From Octopus sinensis (taxonomy: Eukaryota): 64,000 nucleotides of DNA. Where the stretch lies: contig NC_043012.1 of the NCBI RefSeq assembly GCF_006345805.1, forward strand, positions 48,236,001-48,300,000, written 5' to 3'. Each line of letters starts with the position of its first letter. Position 1 is the first letter of the stretch. Below are positions 25,105 to 39,015 of the stretch, piece by piece. The notes under the pieces were generated by a model. That model saw nothing but the letters and a program-made list of their open reading frames with translations. It was not told the DNA's origin and made no database searches. The position numbers and the translations under genes were made by a program.

Positions 25105-27983
25105 ACTTGGTATTGGTTTTAGTTCCCTAACGAAAAGGAGTATTTTGGCATTACGCCTCACCATGGTTGTGATTTTCTGTTGTCATCCGGGGTTTGCCTT
25201 TCGTAGATTTTGAGGGTGAGTATATTTCCTTCCTCTGCAAATATACGCCCACACACACACGAATTTTCTGATGTTTTTTTTTTTCATTTTGTTGATTGTA
25301 ACCAATCCTTGCTAACGACATTGAAATTGCGAAGTATTTGCTGTTGTTTTCATTGCCCTTGTAGGGGTGGGATGTTGATACTTTTACTGCTTTTGTTGTT
25401 CTCTAAGTTGTTGACGTAATGAGGAGTTTATTACTCTTTATGTTGTAATTTTGTTGCGTTTTCTTTTTTTTTTTTTTGCATTTCCCGTTTTTGTTGTTTT
25501 CCGTATAGCAGATCGGTATTACTCACACTTTGACTTTAGGATTGCCAAAATTTCTGTTTTGAGAATGTTTCATCTGTTCATCTCTATCAAAGGGGAATTT
25601 ACAGATTCAGCTTCATCGCTAAACAAGGTGCTTGATGAGGACAAAAGGCAACTGAATTCTCATAAAATTTCATTCGTGTGTGTGTGGGCGTATATTTGTG
25701 TTTTGTGCTTTAGTATGTATGTGTTTGCGTGTATGTGTATGTGCATGTGTGTGTGCGTATGTGTGTATGTGTGTGTCCGTGTGTGCGTGTGCGTATGTGT
25801 GTGTGTGTATGTGTGCGTGTATGTGTGTGCGTTCGTGAGGTTATTCTGCGGAGAGATTTTGTTGAAAATGGAATTGAAATTGTGTTTTCACAAGATTGTT
25901 TTCGCTATTTTGTAGCTCCTGTTGTTGTTTCTATTAAATTTTGTTGCATTGTCATTGATGTCGATAGCTGTGTTGCATTGTTTTGTTACTGCTCCGATAT
26001 GAGGGATCAGAAAGAATTGGGATCATTAGTCCCACAACAATTGAAGCGCTTTGGGATTCTGCCATCAACTACGGCCATCGTTAATATGGAGCTGGATTGT
26101 AAATTTTACCATATTCATGCGAATTTCTAACGAAGTTTCCTGGCATTTCTCAAGAATAGAAAATCAGCAGCCGATTATACCAGTGCCATTAAAATCTACT
26201 GCACCAAGTTCACATTAGGAATCGTCGATTTGGCAGAGTGGTGGAGCATATAAGTAGGAGATAAGACAAATTGTTTGTACTCCATGACCTAAAGCTGTCG
26301 TCACTTCTTTACATCGGTACGTTGTTTCTTCTAATGTACTAGTTGTACTCCCAGACATTTTGTTTCTTTAGATTCAACCAAAAAGTGAGAGGAAAACCTG
26401 TGATAGGCTGGCATCTTAGCTTGGGGAAGAGATAGATATATTTCATCATCATTAACAAATCAAGTGTAGAAAAGTCTCCATCATACCATGACACCTTCTG
26501 GTAATGACGCAAACAAAAAATGTGTTAAAATGATGAAATTCAATAAAAAAAATTGGAAAACAAAATTGAAGAAATTTTTTTTAAATATTCTAAGCGCCGA
26601 AATTTCCTCTCGCTCATATCTTATAACTTCCTATTTCCTTTCCAATATAAGCCCTCAAAGAATTATGCTTCGCCATGAAGAAATAAAATAAAACTTTTAT
26701 TTTTGTATTTTTTTTTCTTTTTAAATTCCTTGAAAAAAAATCTTTAAATATTTTACTGAATTTCAATATTTCTTTATTACTGGATTTATTTTTTCTTAAT
26801 TCACATGAAATTTGATGATATCGGTGAGAAGGTAAATCTTTGACCTAAATTGCACATATATAACGCCAACACAGATAGAATCAATAATCTTAAGACGTAA
26901 AAGACAAGAGAGAAAAAATACATAATCGGAATTTCACGTATTTATACATTTTTTTTTTCAACAAATTTGCTTTAATTTTTTTCTACAAATTTGCTTTGAT
27001 TTGTTTTATTTCTTTCTTAGTATTTTTTTTTATTATACAAAAGGAATTGCTTGAAAATTTTTCTAGTAATGAAAACATTGGTTTTAGATATGAACAGGAA
27101 AAAAAAATAATTATCAAATTGAAAATTAAGTAATACATGAACATGAGATGAAAGCAAATTTATAATGTAGTTGTATTTTATCTTGTTTTCTTCTTTATTT
27201 TATTTATTATTTTTCATACTTTTTTTTTTAATTATTTCCATTTTATTGTTAATTTCATTTTTTTTCTTTGAAGAATTCATCAAAATGAAAGTTTGTATTT
27301 TGGTTTGCTTTGTTGTTGTTTTTTCTCTTCTTTTTTAAATAAATATGAGATAAAGCACTACATATCTAATTAAATGTAAGCAGTCCAATACTGATTACTT
27401 ATATATAAACGAATCTGCAGTTATTTAGGAGATGTAAATGAGAAGTTGTTATAACTTTAATCAACAAAAGCCTCTACGTGGTCACATTGCCTGCTGGAAA
27501 AAGTAGCCAGATTTGCTCAAGTTATGCTCTATCGACTTAAAGAAACGGACCCATAAGTGATTTTGATCTTCGATACAATATACCTGAAAAGTAAAAGCAA
27601 GAACTGAATAGTCACGGCAAGAAAGCAGTTTGATCGCAGTTACCTCTATTTCTAGGTCTTTGTATTTTGAAAGTTTCTCCATTTCTTTTAGAGAAACGTT
27701 GTCATCTGCTGGCATTGATACATCAATTAGAAAGCATTTTTTTCTTCCTGATCTCTGACAACTATAACTGGCCAATTGGCCATAATTTCTCTGTCTGTGT
27801 GTATTGACACATCCCAGAGTACGGTTGCTTTCTCATTACAAAAGAAGTGGAGAGGATGGAAATATAATCACACCCCAAAATCTACGAAAGACAAACTCCG
27901 GATGACAGCAGAAAATCACAACCATTGTGAGGCGTAATACCAAAATACTCCTTTTCGTTGGGGAACTAAAACCAATACCAAGT
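25105..27983. repeat. ~132-bp inverted repeat pair (25105-25236 / 27851-27983)
   Basis: ACTTGGTATTGGTTTTAGTTCCC.AACGAAAAGGAGTATTTTGG.ATTACGCCTCA... matches in reverse complement with scattered mismatches (roughly 90% by eye). No TSD seen. Confidence 0.7.
27639..27838 (-). mobile_element. Internal fragment of the R4/Dong-like element
   Basis: KATVLWDVSIHTDREI..KKCFLIDVSMPADDNVSLKEMEKLSKYKDLEIEVT; both ends truncated. Confidence 0.85.
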
Positions 27984-28648
27984 GAGACTAAATATCAACG
28001 GCAAGAACAATGATAACAATGTGCAATAAAGTTGTATTATTTACTTTTAGTTGGTCTTTGGTCTGTAAGTGTTATTTCCTATTTGCTTCTATCTAGAAAC
28101 CAAAGGAAATTACTACTATTCCTGTCAAACTTAGCTTTCGTGACCTGGACTCAAGGACAAAAATCTTGTTACGCATGCGCAGCAACATTAGCGATGACAG
28201 TAAAGTGAAATCAATTTGAACGACAAATGGAAAGCGTCCCACAGCCTCCTTTATTACACAGCGCTTCTATCTAGGAAAATAATTGCTTTAAAATGTATCA
28301 ATGAAATCTGAGATTCATAAGAGATAATAAATTAAATATAAAATTCTCCTTGATATGTTCCCAACGGCTTTCTGAGATTGTTATTATTCATGTAATTATT
28401 GTTAACGTTAGTAGTGTCTCCAGAGACTGAAACTTTAAATTCCTTTCCAAAATTTGCTTGCAATAACATTTGTTAATACCACTTTGTAGATGGTCTCTTG
28501 TGTAGCTTGAGATTATTTGAGTTATTTGCAGTTCCACTGGAATTTGCTGCTGAGAAATCCGATGTCAACATTGGGAACACAGATAGGGAGGATAAATCTC
28601 ATGATGATCTAACATTATCATTATTATTATTATTATTATTACTATTAC

Positions 28649-28715
<67 letters not shown>

Positions 28716-29039
28716 CATCATTATTATTATTATTACTATTATTATTATTATTATTATTACTATTATTATTATTATTATTATTATTGTTATTATTATTATT
28801 ATTATGATTATTATTATTATTATTATTATTAAAGCGGTTAGCAGGCAGAATAGTAGGCACGCTGGGCAAAATACTTGGCGGCATTTCTTCCATCCACACG
28901 TACTGACTTCAAATTCCATCGAGGTAGACTTTCAACATTTCGGGATTGATAAAATAAAGTAGCGGTTGAGTGCTAGAGTCGACTGAAATTACTGGCATTG
29001 TGTCAAGATTAGTAACGCGTTACTGTTGTCGTTTTTCTT

Positions 29040-29072
<33 letters not shown>

Positions 29073-29151
29073 CTTGTTCTTCTTCTTCTTCTTCTTCTTC
29101 TTCTTCTTCTTCTTGGTGTTGTGAGTTACAGTTATTATAATTATCAATTTG

Positions 29152-29357
29152 AAGGCAGCGAGCTGGTAGAATCGTTAGCACACTGGACGAAATGTTTAGC
29201 GGCATTTCGCCCGACGCTATGTTCTGAGTTCAAATTCCGCCGCGGTCGACTTTGCCTTTCATCCCTTCGGGGTCGGTAACTAGCTAAATACAGGGGCCGA
29301 TATAATCGATTCAACCCCGCCTCCCCCAATCTACTTTTGTGGTAGAAATTTGAAATA
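29152..29357 (+). mobile_element. SINE family A with TSD
   Basis: AAGGCAGCGAGCTGGTAGAATCGTTAGC...GAGTTCAAATTCCGCC; ATTATAATTATCA at 29134-29146 and 29358-29370. Confidence 0.88.
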
Positions 29358-30379
29358 ATTATAATTATCATTTTCTATGAACAGAATATGATGGCGGGCC
29401 CCTTCTTCATAGTAGTAAGAACGCTGAGTATTAATATATGGATCATAATTTTTCAGTTCCGAATTTATTGAGAGAAAATGCAAGTCAGCCGTTTCCTTCC
29501 AAACAATCAATCATAACGAATTTAAGCAAAACGGCTACAGAAAGCAGTAATCACTAATATCTCATATGTAATCCTGTTACTCACGATCTCTAATTGTTTC
29601 TTTCCACCTCTTTCTCTCTCTCTCAGACACTCTCTCTCACTCCATCTCTCACTCACTGTTTATATCTCTCTACAGTCAATTCCATTCACCAAAATCCCCA
29701 CTGACTGACTTTGTAAATCTCCTCTCTCATAAACATCCCTTTCTTACATGTAATCCAAAATGAACATAAACCACATCGCATTTACCAGCCTGAAGAGAAG
29801 AGCAACGCCGTTCTTCTGGATGAGAAATAAGTCGTTGAAGGCAATGCTGTCGGAAAGTAAACATATGGACCCAGATAATACAAAACATCTCGAATGAAAA
29901 TCTAACACTTCTAGCAATCCCACCGCCTCCATTGTTATTTTGCAAACAGACTCCCCACACATGGAGAATGCACAAATATACTCACACACACTCACATACA
30001 TATATACATAAATATATATATACATATGCACCTATTAACCTGCACTTTTAAATGCATATATGTATTGTAAGTACAGATATATTAGATATGTAAACATTAT
30101 GCATATAGGCGTGTATATATTTATGCGTATACACACACCCAAACACACACACACGCACGCACACAACAACACACACATATAGACACGCACACGTATATAA
30201 ATCCATACAGGAACTCGTATACACACACATACAAATGCATATGTGTATATGTGTGTGCGTGTGAGAGTAAATATCATCGACAAAATTTCGCAGCCACCTA
30301 GCGACTGACACTAAATGCAGAAATAAGCTGACAACGAGTAAATGAACAAAAGAAAACACAAGAGGATTTTACCTCCATC

Positions 30380-30600
30380 AACAATCCTTCCTATTATAGG
30401 TACAAGGCCTGCAATGTTTGCGTTGTGGGCTTGTCAATTTCACCGACCCCATTGCTCAACCGGTACCTACTTTATCGAGCCTGGAGGAATAAAAGGCAAG
30501 GTGGACCTCAGCGGAATTTGAAATCAGTTCGTAAAGGCGGAGGAACTGCCGCTAAGCATTTTTTTATCGCAGTGCTAACCAATCTGCCAGCTCGCCACTT
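30380..30600 (-). mobile_element. SINE family A, diverged
   Basis: GGAATAAAAGGCAAGGTGGACCTCAGCGGAATTTGAA...GTGCTAACCAATCTGCCAGCTCGCCACTT. Confidence 0.75.
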
Positions 30601-31779
30601 TATTTTCCTCCACTAATAACGGCTTCGGTCACATAAGATTTTCATCTTGGGACACTTCTACACAGGGTACCGGGGAATAACATACGCCTGAATGCACTTC
30701 AACTAACTCTTGCGCCTAAATCCGTGGATGCATTGGTATTCCATTCCCAGACATATATAATGACCTTTTTGCCGCAAAGCTAGTTCAATCATCAATGACT
30801 CAATCGTAAGTAATCGATAAAGCCCATGACTCTGCCTAACTAAGCAGCACTTCAAGAAAGTAGACAGTCACATGGATTGTGCAAAGAACTGTGACTATTC
30901 CATTGTAGGTTACACATGTTATGCGCCTAAAAGTACAGAAGTGGAGCCATTTCACTGATGTAGACATCATAACAGGATTATTTCACTCTTATTTAGGTGT
31001 CTGTTAGGCCTGGACAGAATCCACGTACCTGCTCTACACTTATGCGAGTCTAGACATTGTTTTTTTTGTTGCCTTTGATAGTGCGAAGGTTATCGCATTT
31101 CTAATAGACTTAGTGTTTTGCACAATAGTCCGATGAAATCAAGACCATTGTGCGTATATGAGAATACGGAAATATTCTAAGTTGCTAAAGAGCCCTACAT
31201 ACCTCGCAGCATAATCTAAGTTTATGAAGGATCATAAAACGTGATATCAGGTTTTTACTTTATCTCATGACCATGTATGGTGGTATTCTTCCTGCATGGT
31301 CCAGCTAATCTTATTGTTTCGTTTACGGTAATTTCGAACATGTGGAGATGAAATTTACTTATTTCTTCCGTGCAGCATTTTAATGGAAAGCGAACATGCC
31401 TTTAAACACACACACGCGCGCGCACGCAAGCACACACAATTATTGGAATATTATTGACTCACTTTTCATTTCATGGATTTTGTTTGTCGTCATCAAATTA
31501 CTTCGTTCGCTATCAAGGTAGTCATGATTACCATCCTCACACGACATCTGAAAGACTCCAATTCTAGCGTAATAAAGGGTAGCGGGTCTTCTGGAGATGA
31601 ATCTTGGTGTGCTTATCTTGCGAACACTTCTAGACAACAACGTAATGCATAACTTGTGCACATGGAATGACTAAGAAATAGTAGTCATTTTTCAAAAGGT
31701 ATAACAGTTGAAGCTGTAAAAAATGAAATTCTAGCTGAATATATTAATATTAATGTGTGCGTGTGTGTGTATATATATA

Positions 31780-33175
31780 CAGGGATTGGAAAAATAATAG
31801 AAACACCTAGCATCATAGCATCATAATTTTGTAATATAAAACCGTCAAAAGCTTCTTTATTTTTATGTTTTTCGATTTATTATTAGTGTTGCTTAATATG
31901 TTTTGCTAAAATTGCTGTTTCTTTACAGGTATCATGAGAAAAAGTAATTAAAATTCATTAAAATGAATATATATATATTACTCTTTGCTCTTTTACTCTT
32001 TTACTTGTTTCAGTCATTTGACTGCGGCCATGCTGGAGCACCGCATTTAATCGAGCAACTCGACCCCGGGACTTATTCTTTTATAAGCTCCAGTAATTAT
32101 TCTAGCGGTCTCTTTTGTCGAACCGCTAAGTAACGGGGTCATAAACACACCAGCATCAGTTGTCAAGCAATGCTAGGGTGACAAACACAGACACACAAAC
32201 ACACACGCATATATATATACATATCTACGACGGGCTTCTTTCAGTTTCCGTCTACCAAATCCACTCATAAGGCTTTGGTCGGCCTTAGGCTATAGTAGAA
32301 GACACTTGCCCAAGGTGCCACGCAGTGGGACTGAACCCGGAACCATATATATATATATATATATATATAAGAATTTCAAAGACGTCAAATTGTAGGTGCT
32401 CTTATGGCAGGCGCTAGCGTAATGAAAACCGCCGAAATGTTTGCTGTATCAAGAAGTACTGTCTCGAAATTAATGACAGCCTTTGAGAAAGAGGGGAAAA
32501 CCTGCACGTCGAAAAAAAAAACTCCGGAAGAAGACCAAAACTTTCAAAGTTTCGAGCTCTTACGCGAATTGTTCGAAAGGATCACAAAAGTACAACTCTC
32601 AAAATTACTGCAGAGCTTAATGACCACCTCGAGAACCTAGTTTCCATAAAAACTGTTCACCGGGAGGTGCACAAAGTCGGATTACATGGGAGGGCTGCAA
32701 TCAGAAAACCGCTGCTTTCAAAAACAAACGTTGCAATGCGTTTAAAAACCCACGGAATTGGTCCCTAGAACAGTGGAAGAATCTTATTTTCTTGGACGAG
32801 TCATCCTTTACCTTTTTGCGACCATCGGCCGAGTATATTTGTGGAGACAGCCAAAAGAATCATTTGACCCAGAGTGCTTTCTTCCAAGTGTTAACCATGG
32901 AGGAGGATCTGTGATGATCGCAGGGGTGGACTTATATCTGGGAAATCTGCCAGCCCAATTGTTTCCCTTCATGGCAGGAGTAACAGTCAAGACTATTTAA
33001 GCATTTTATTTGATCAAATTCATTCTACGGTTGCGGAAATGTTTCTGGAGGGGAAAGTAATCTTTCAGGATGATAATGCACCAATTCACACAGCTAAAAT
33101 TATTACTTAATGGCACGAGGAACATTCTAGTGAAGCTGAACATCTTATCTGGCCAACATAGTCACCAGATCTCAA
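31780..33175 (+). mobile_element. Decayed Tc1-family (DD34E) DNA transposon, 3' TIR missing, interrupted by a SINE
   Basis: TA|CAGGGATTGGAAAAATAATAGAAACACC left end. Frameshifted transposase: EFQRRQIVGALMAGASVMKTAEMFAVSRSTVSKLM (HTH), NWSLEQWKNLIFLDESSF, NHGGGSVMI, IFQDDNAPIHTAK, WPT*SPDL. Confidence 0.9.
31990..32345 (-). mobile_element. SINE family B, 5'-truncated, nested in Tc1
   Basis: Matches the 4991-5392 copy from the tail up to GAACCCGGAACC; flanked by (AT)n. Confidence 0.9.
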
Positions 33176-33714
33176 ATTCGATCATCAATCAACAACGGAC
33201 ACAATATAATTGGAGAAAATTGCATGGCCGTAATTTTCCACATGCACCATATTTCCCCGTTGCTCTTTTGCCAGCAGCGTCGAAGCCGGAAAATGTAGAT
33301 GCTTAATGTGAATGAAATGATGAAATGCGTCTAAACCTGCACATACGTATTTAATGGTGCATTCGGTGACAATTGACTGATTCGTTTGCTTTTATCCGTT
33401 CCTTACAGTTCTTGTTTCTGTTCGGGGAAGATGTCCAAAATCATCTTACACAAGAAGCAGATGTAAAGTGCTGTCGAGGCGAACATGAAGTATATTGATA
33501 ATGTTACATATAGACAGTCACATTCTCAACTGATTCAATCGTGTACGGACACTTCAGCCATGTAACTGAAAACTTGCTTTCTTCGGACAATTTTTTTCGT
33601 CCTCTCCGGATGTTTCCCTTTTCTTCTTTCTGAGCGCCGACATAATACATTCACTCTGTACGTCCTTTTTTCTTTTGTTGTCTTTGTTTTTATTTTGTTT
33701 CTATTTCCGATTTG

Positions 33715-33799
<85 letters not shown>

Positions 33800-34173
33800 C
33801 GTGCGTGCGAGTGAGTTTATGTGTATGTGTGTATTAACTAATTCCAAAATTCCCAATTTCCTAATCCTTGACTTTGAATTTTTAATATTTGGCAAGATAC
33901 ACTTACTCATCGAAACCGGTAACATTTCATAAAAGTCACTTAAAGTAACAAATATAAAAATACCTATCGTTTCCGATTAAAGTAAAAAAGTAAAAATGAT
34001 ACTTCCGTGCCGTTTCCACTTTTACTTTTTACCTATAATCTTTGATTCGTATGGATTCTTAACTCCTTCTCAACTATATATATATATATAGATATAGATA
34101 GATAGATAGATATACATATATATATATATATACATACATATATATATACATATATATATACATATATATATAT

Positions 34174-34204
<31 letters not shown>

Positions 34205-34799
34205 CATATATACATGCATATATATATATATACATACATACATACATGTACGCTTCAAATTTACAGAAGACGAAAGACGAAGACTGACAAAGGAACAGGT
34301 ATAACGGTTTAACGTTCGGGAAGAAAGTGTTTGACGTTCCAACCGTTTCTATTCTTTTATTGTTTCACGTGTTTCAGTTATTTGACTGCGGCCATGCTGG
34401 TGCACCATGTATGTATACACCGACAAAAGCAGTATTAACATCAGAAGGTAATCTTAACGTACAACTAAACATGTCTACCTTGTTGGAACACCAAAACTGC
34501 GATATTAGCCTTCAGAGATCCTCTCAAAATGTCGTTTGGTGTATAGAAGCATACTCATAGATTGTAATAGTCGAAACTCTTCTGCCATGGGCGCCGCAAT
34601 TTCCATATTACGTGATTTCTTTCTATTGTAACTTACCAGCGAGAAGCACCGGTTGGCCGCGTGCCAATCAAATCTGCTATGATATAGAGAGATTCAGCAT
34701 CTTTTCAGACGATGACGTTGAATATGGCTAGCACGCATACACACACACATACACACACACACACACAAATATATATCTGTCTAGCTAGTTATATAAATG

Positions 34800-35168
34800 T
34801 GTGTGGGGGGTGTACGTAGGCAGGTATGTATGTGTATATGTATGTATGTATGCATGTATGTATGTATGTGTATATGTATGCATGTATGTATGTATGTATA
34901 TGTACGCATGTATGTATGTATGTACGTATGTATGTATGTATGTATGTATATATGTATGTATGTATGTGTATATGTATGCATGTATGTATGTGTATATGTA
35001 TGCATGTATGTATGTATGTGTATATGTATGTATGTATATATGTATGTATGTACGTACGTACGGATGTATGTATGTAAGTACGTATGTATGTATGTATGTA
35101 TGGATGGATGGATGGATGGATGGATGTATGGATGGATGTATGTATGTATGTATGTATGTATGTATACA
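34800..35168. repeat. (TATG)n/(TGGA)n compound microsatellite
   Basis: Visible; explains the MYVC ORFs. Confidence 0.95.
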
Positions 35169-36450
35169 CATGGTCAACGTATGCGAATGTTGTTGAGAGG
35201 AAATCTTTGGAATTTTGAAATAGAAATTGGTCATATGACAAATGTCACTTCTCACTTTCTTATTGCTTTTGAAGGAATCCCCAGCACTGTGGAATTAATT
35301 TTGATTCTTAAGGAAGCCGTATATGCTAATCACAATCAATTGAAATTATTAAAGCTGCAATGATCAACACTTCTTTTATCCCTCACTCCACTCCTATCAA
35401 GAAGAAGCACTTCCCATCGTCACCCAAATAAGTCATAGTGATTACTACATGATATTTGTAGAACAATTAACATCGCTGGCACCAATGTTTAATTTCTAGA
35501 TTGAAACAAAACAACAAGACGCATCTATTTTCCTTTATCCAATGAAATGTAACTTAACTAGATTAATGCAGTTTTCAAGCAAAACATCAATGCATTATAT
35601 TTTACAAAGTTTTCATCGAAAATATTTTCCATTTCCTACTTGGAACCTACGGTAAACATCACCGTAGGTTGGCTTTTAAAATCACTTGAATAAAGCACTT
35701 CAAATAAAACGAATCCTTCTCATTGCTGAAAAAAGGAAAAGAAAAAGTCTTATTTATATCATGAAGAATCCATTATCACATAAATGGAATTCAAACACTT
35801 TTACAATTTCTTTTCAAAAGGACTCTATTGGTTCTTTCATTCATGATGTTTGGCACGAATTAGCAGAAATCACAGAATTTCTTTCAGGAAGGAAATCGTG
35901 AACAAATCATTGAATCTGAAGACTTTCGTCTTCTTTTATTTTTATCTTTTTTTTTTTTTTTGTAAAGACAGCTTCAGCCTCGGGGTATATTGTTATACTA
36001 TATTACATTGTCAATGCTGCATTCCTGCTTTTCCTTATTCGTAATTACAAAGCTAGACTACAATTTCTTCCTTCCCAATTTCCACATTGGGTGTGTCACA
36101 TAGAGATGTTAATATACATTTGGTGGCACTGTTTATAAAATTATTACATTTCTTCGAGAAGACACAAATTGTGTGGTGTTCTGTAAAGCCATCGTACTGT
36201 TGTTTAGTGCTAAATCAGCCATGAACGTGGATCGTGATTGCGGGAATTGCATATGTAGTACTAACTAGAGTTCCTAATTACCGCTTCCGTTTTGAAAAGT
36301 ATATCAACAGGAATTTTGCTGCTAATTCTATCAGGTAACACAACAACGTAGAGGCTCCCGTCATTTAACCGACTGAGTCATTTGTAATAAATCAGTTAAG
36401 TACTTCAATTGTATGCAGAAACTCTTTACACTTCCAACGATACAAAGAAT

Positions 36451-37021
36451 ACGATACAAGAATTATATGGATAAGAATATCTTCTCATTGATAAAGAGGG
36501 TGGGCAAAATTTTCACCATTCCCGTTGGGAAGAGGGCTAATGTTTTTAGTTTGAAGAAGCACTGATTTAATATTTTAATAATTTGGCTACTGGCGACCTT
36601 TCTAGTTCAATATTTTCCCTAGAATATTATTGTTAGATACAGACAAGCTTGGATATTTATCCATTTTTAGTATGCCATTTTATATCTCCTCATACTCGAC
36701 TTCTCACAGATTGATACGAATCGGCGGTTCGTATCCGATGCTCTGCTCTGTGTTGTGAGGTGGGAAAAGACATTCAGTACCAGATCATCTATTTCAGTTT
36801 TATCATAGGGTGACCCTTAGGAAACTTGGAAGGAGTCTAATAAATTGTAACTAATATTAGAATTCAGACGGCTTCAGAATTTTGATCCAACCCCAAGGCA
36901 ACGATACAAAAATTATATGGATAAGAATATATCCTCACTGATAAAAAGGGTGGGCAAAATTTTCCCCATTCCCGTTGGGAAGAGGGCTAATATTTTTAGT
37001 CTGAAGAAGCACTGATTTAAT
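36451..37021 (+). repeat. 121-bp direct repeat pair (36451-36571, 36901-37021) with 329-bp spacer
   Basis: ACGATACAA.AATTATATGGATAAGAATAT...CCATTCCCGTTGGGAAGAGGGCTAAT...GAAGAAGCACTGATTTAAT occurs twice, offset by 450 nt. Confidence 0.85.
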
Positions 37022-38095
37022 CATTCTATTTGTAAAATAATAAGTACCGTCCACATATATAATCTTCCACAAGGTCTAATCAACGGTCAACTGAACATAT
37101 CACCACATTTCGGTCGTACAGACATCTCGAGCAAATAACGGTTGCTCGACCTGTTAGAAGTAGCAGTTAAATCTCCCTCAATTCGCACCTTGTCGGCATG
37201 AATGAAAAACAACAAACGTAATATTAGACAATATTTTCTCTTGAATATACAAAATTACAGCATGGTCACGGCTAGAACACTTTTGATCATACGTTTCATT
37301 AGCTGACCAATGGCTGAATAAGCTGAGTAACGACCTGTCAGTAAGAATTAATTAAGGGGTCACTACGTGGTTGCTTGACCAGCGGTAAATTTATAGCTAT
37401 ATCTCTCTCGGTTCACACCCTGCAGTCGTAAAGCTAAAAAGACGCATTGGATTAAGTGGTCGCATCCGACCTGGGGCTAAATTACAACAACAACTGCAAC
37501 ACAACAACAACAATACTCATATCTGCTCGGTCCTAGCTATGCATTCTTTGAATCACGTAAATCACATGAAATAAATGTATGAACGAATGTCTTCAATTTA
37601 ACACCCTTTCAATTCTCCTCTGAGCGGCCAACTGACCTGCCGGCTTGGCTCTACATGCGTATTAAAGGTGTCCGTACTTAAGACGTGACAAACTTATAAT
37701 AGGTTACTACTGGCCATGTAATGGCTTCATAAACCACACACGTCAATTATTTACTTTCTTCGACAGCTAAAGCTATTAACGTTTCATGCTTCTTCCATCT
37801 TACCTATTTTCTACTTTCATTCGCATGCGTTTCACCTTCCGTCAGTAATCCCCGTCCACCTCCTCATCCCCCTCCTTCTTCTTCTTCTTGATCATCATCA
37901 TCATCATCATGTTTTTATTCAGATATTTTCATGTCTTCTCACAATACCGCACATCATGTGTGCGAGTGGGTGGTTGCAACCAATCCAATGTTCAACTGAT
38001 TCTTCGTTTCAACGATGACCGAAGAAGGGAGGATCAGGAACTATAATTTCATTTTATTTCGCTTGTTTGTCTTCTCCGCACAATTCCCATTCATC

Positions 38096-38800
38096 GTCTT
38101 CTTCTTTTTCTTCTTCTTCTTTTTCTTCTTCTTCTTTTTCTTCTTCTTCTTTTTCTTCTTCTTCTTTTTCTTCTTCTTTTTCTTATTCTCCTTCTTCTTC
38201 TTTTTCTTCTTCTTTTTCTTCTTCTTCTTCTTCTTCTTCTTCTTCTTCTTTTTCTTCTTCTTCTTTTTCTTCTTCTTTTTCTTCTTCGCCTTCTTTTTCT
38301 TCTTTTTTGTCTTCTTTTTCTTCTTCTTTTTCTTCTTCTTCTTCTTGGTCTTCTTCTTCTTCTTCTTCGTCTTTTCATTCTTCTTCTTCGTCTTCTTCTT
38401 CTTTTCCTTCTTTCTTCTTCTTCTTCTTCTTCTTCTTCTTTTTCTTCTTCTTCTTCTTCTTCTTCGTTTTCTCCTCCTCCTCCTCTTCTTTTTCTTCTTC
38501 TTCTTCGTCTTTTCATCCTTCTTCTTCGTCTTCTTCTTCTTTTCCTTCTTCTTCTTCTTCTTTTTCTTTTTCTTCTTCTTCTTTTTCTTCTTCTTCTTCT
38601 TCTACGTTTTCTCCTCCTCCTCCTCTTCTTTTTCTTCTTCTTCTTCTTTTTCTTCTTCTTTTTCTTCTTCGCTTTCTTTTTTTCTTCACCTTCTTTTTCT
38701 TCTTCTTCTTTGTCTTCTTCTTTTCCTTTTTCTTCTTCTTCTTCTTCTTCTTCGTCTTCTTCTTCCCCGTCCTCCCCTCCTCCTCCTCCTCCTCTTCTTC
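38096..38800. repeat. ~700-bp (TTC)n-based polypyrimidine tract
   Basis: Visible; source of the poly-F, poly-S and poly-R/K/E ORFs. Confidence 0.95.
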
Positions 38801-38809
38801 TATATTTAA

Positions 38810-39015
38810 ATGGCAGAATCCTTAGAACGCCGGGCAAAATGCATAGTGACATTTCCTTCGTCTTTATGTTCAGTGTTCAAATTCCGCGAAGGTCGGCTTT
38901 GCCTGTCAACCTTTCGGGGTCGATGAAAGACGTACCAGTTGAACACTGGGGACGAAATGATCGAGTTGTTCTTTCCTTTGAAATTACTGGCCTTGTGCCA
39001 AAATTTTCAAACTAA
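38810..39015 (+). mobile_element. SINE family A, diverged
   Basis: TGGCAGAATCCTTAGAACGCCGGGCAAAATGC...TTCAAATTCCGCGAAGGTCGGCTTTGCC. Confidence 0.75.

Noticed and set aside
38015-38852. 250+ aa poly-F, poly-S and R/K/E-rich ORFs
   Set aside because: All frames of a (TTC)n tract; not evidence of a protamine-like or acidic protein.
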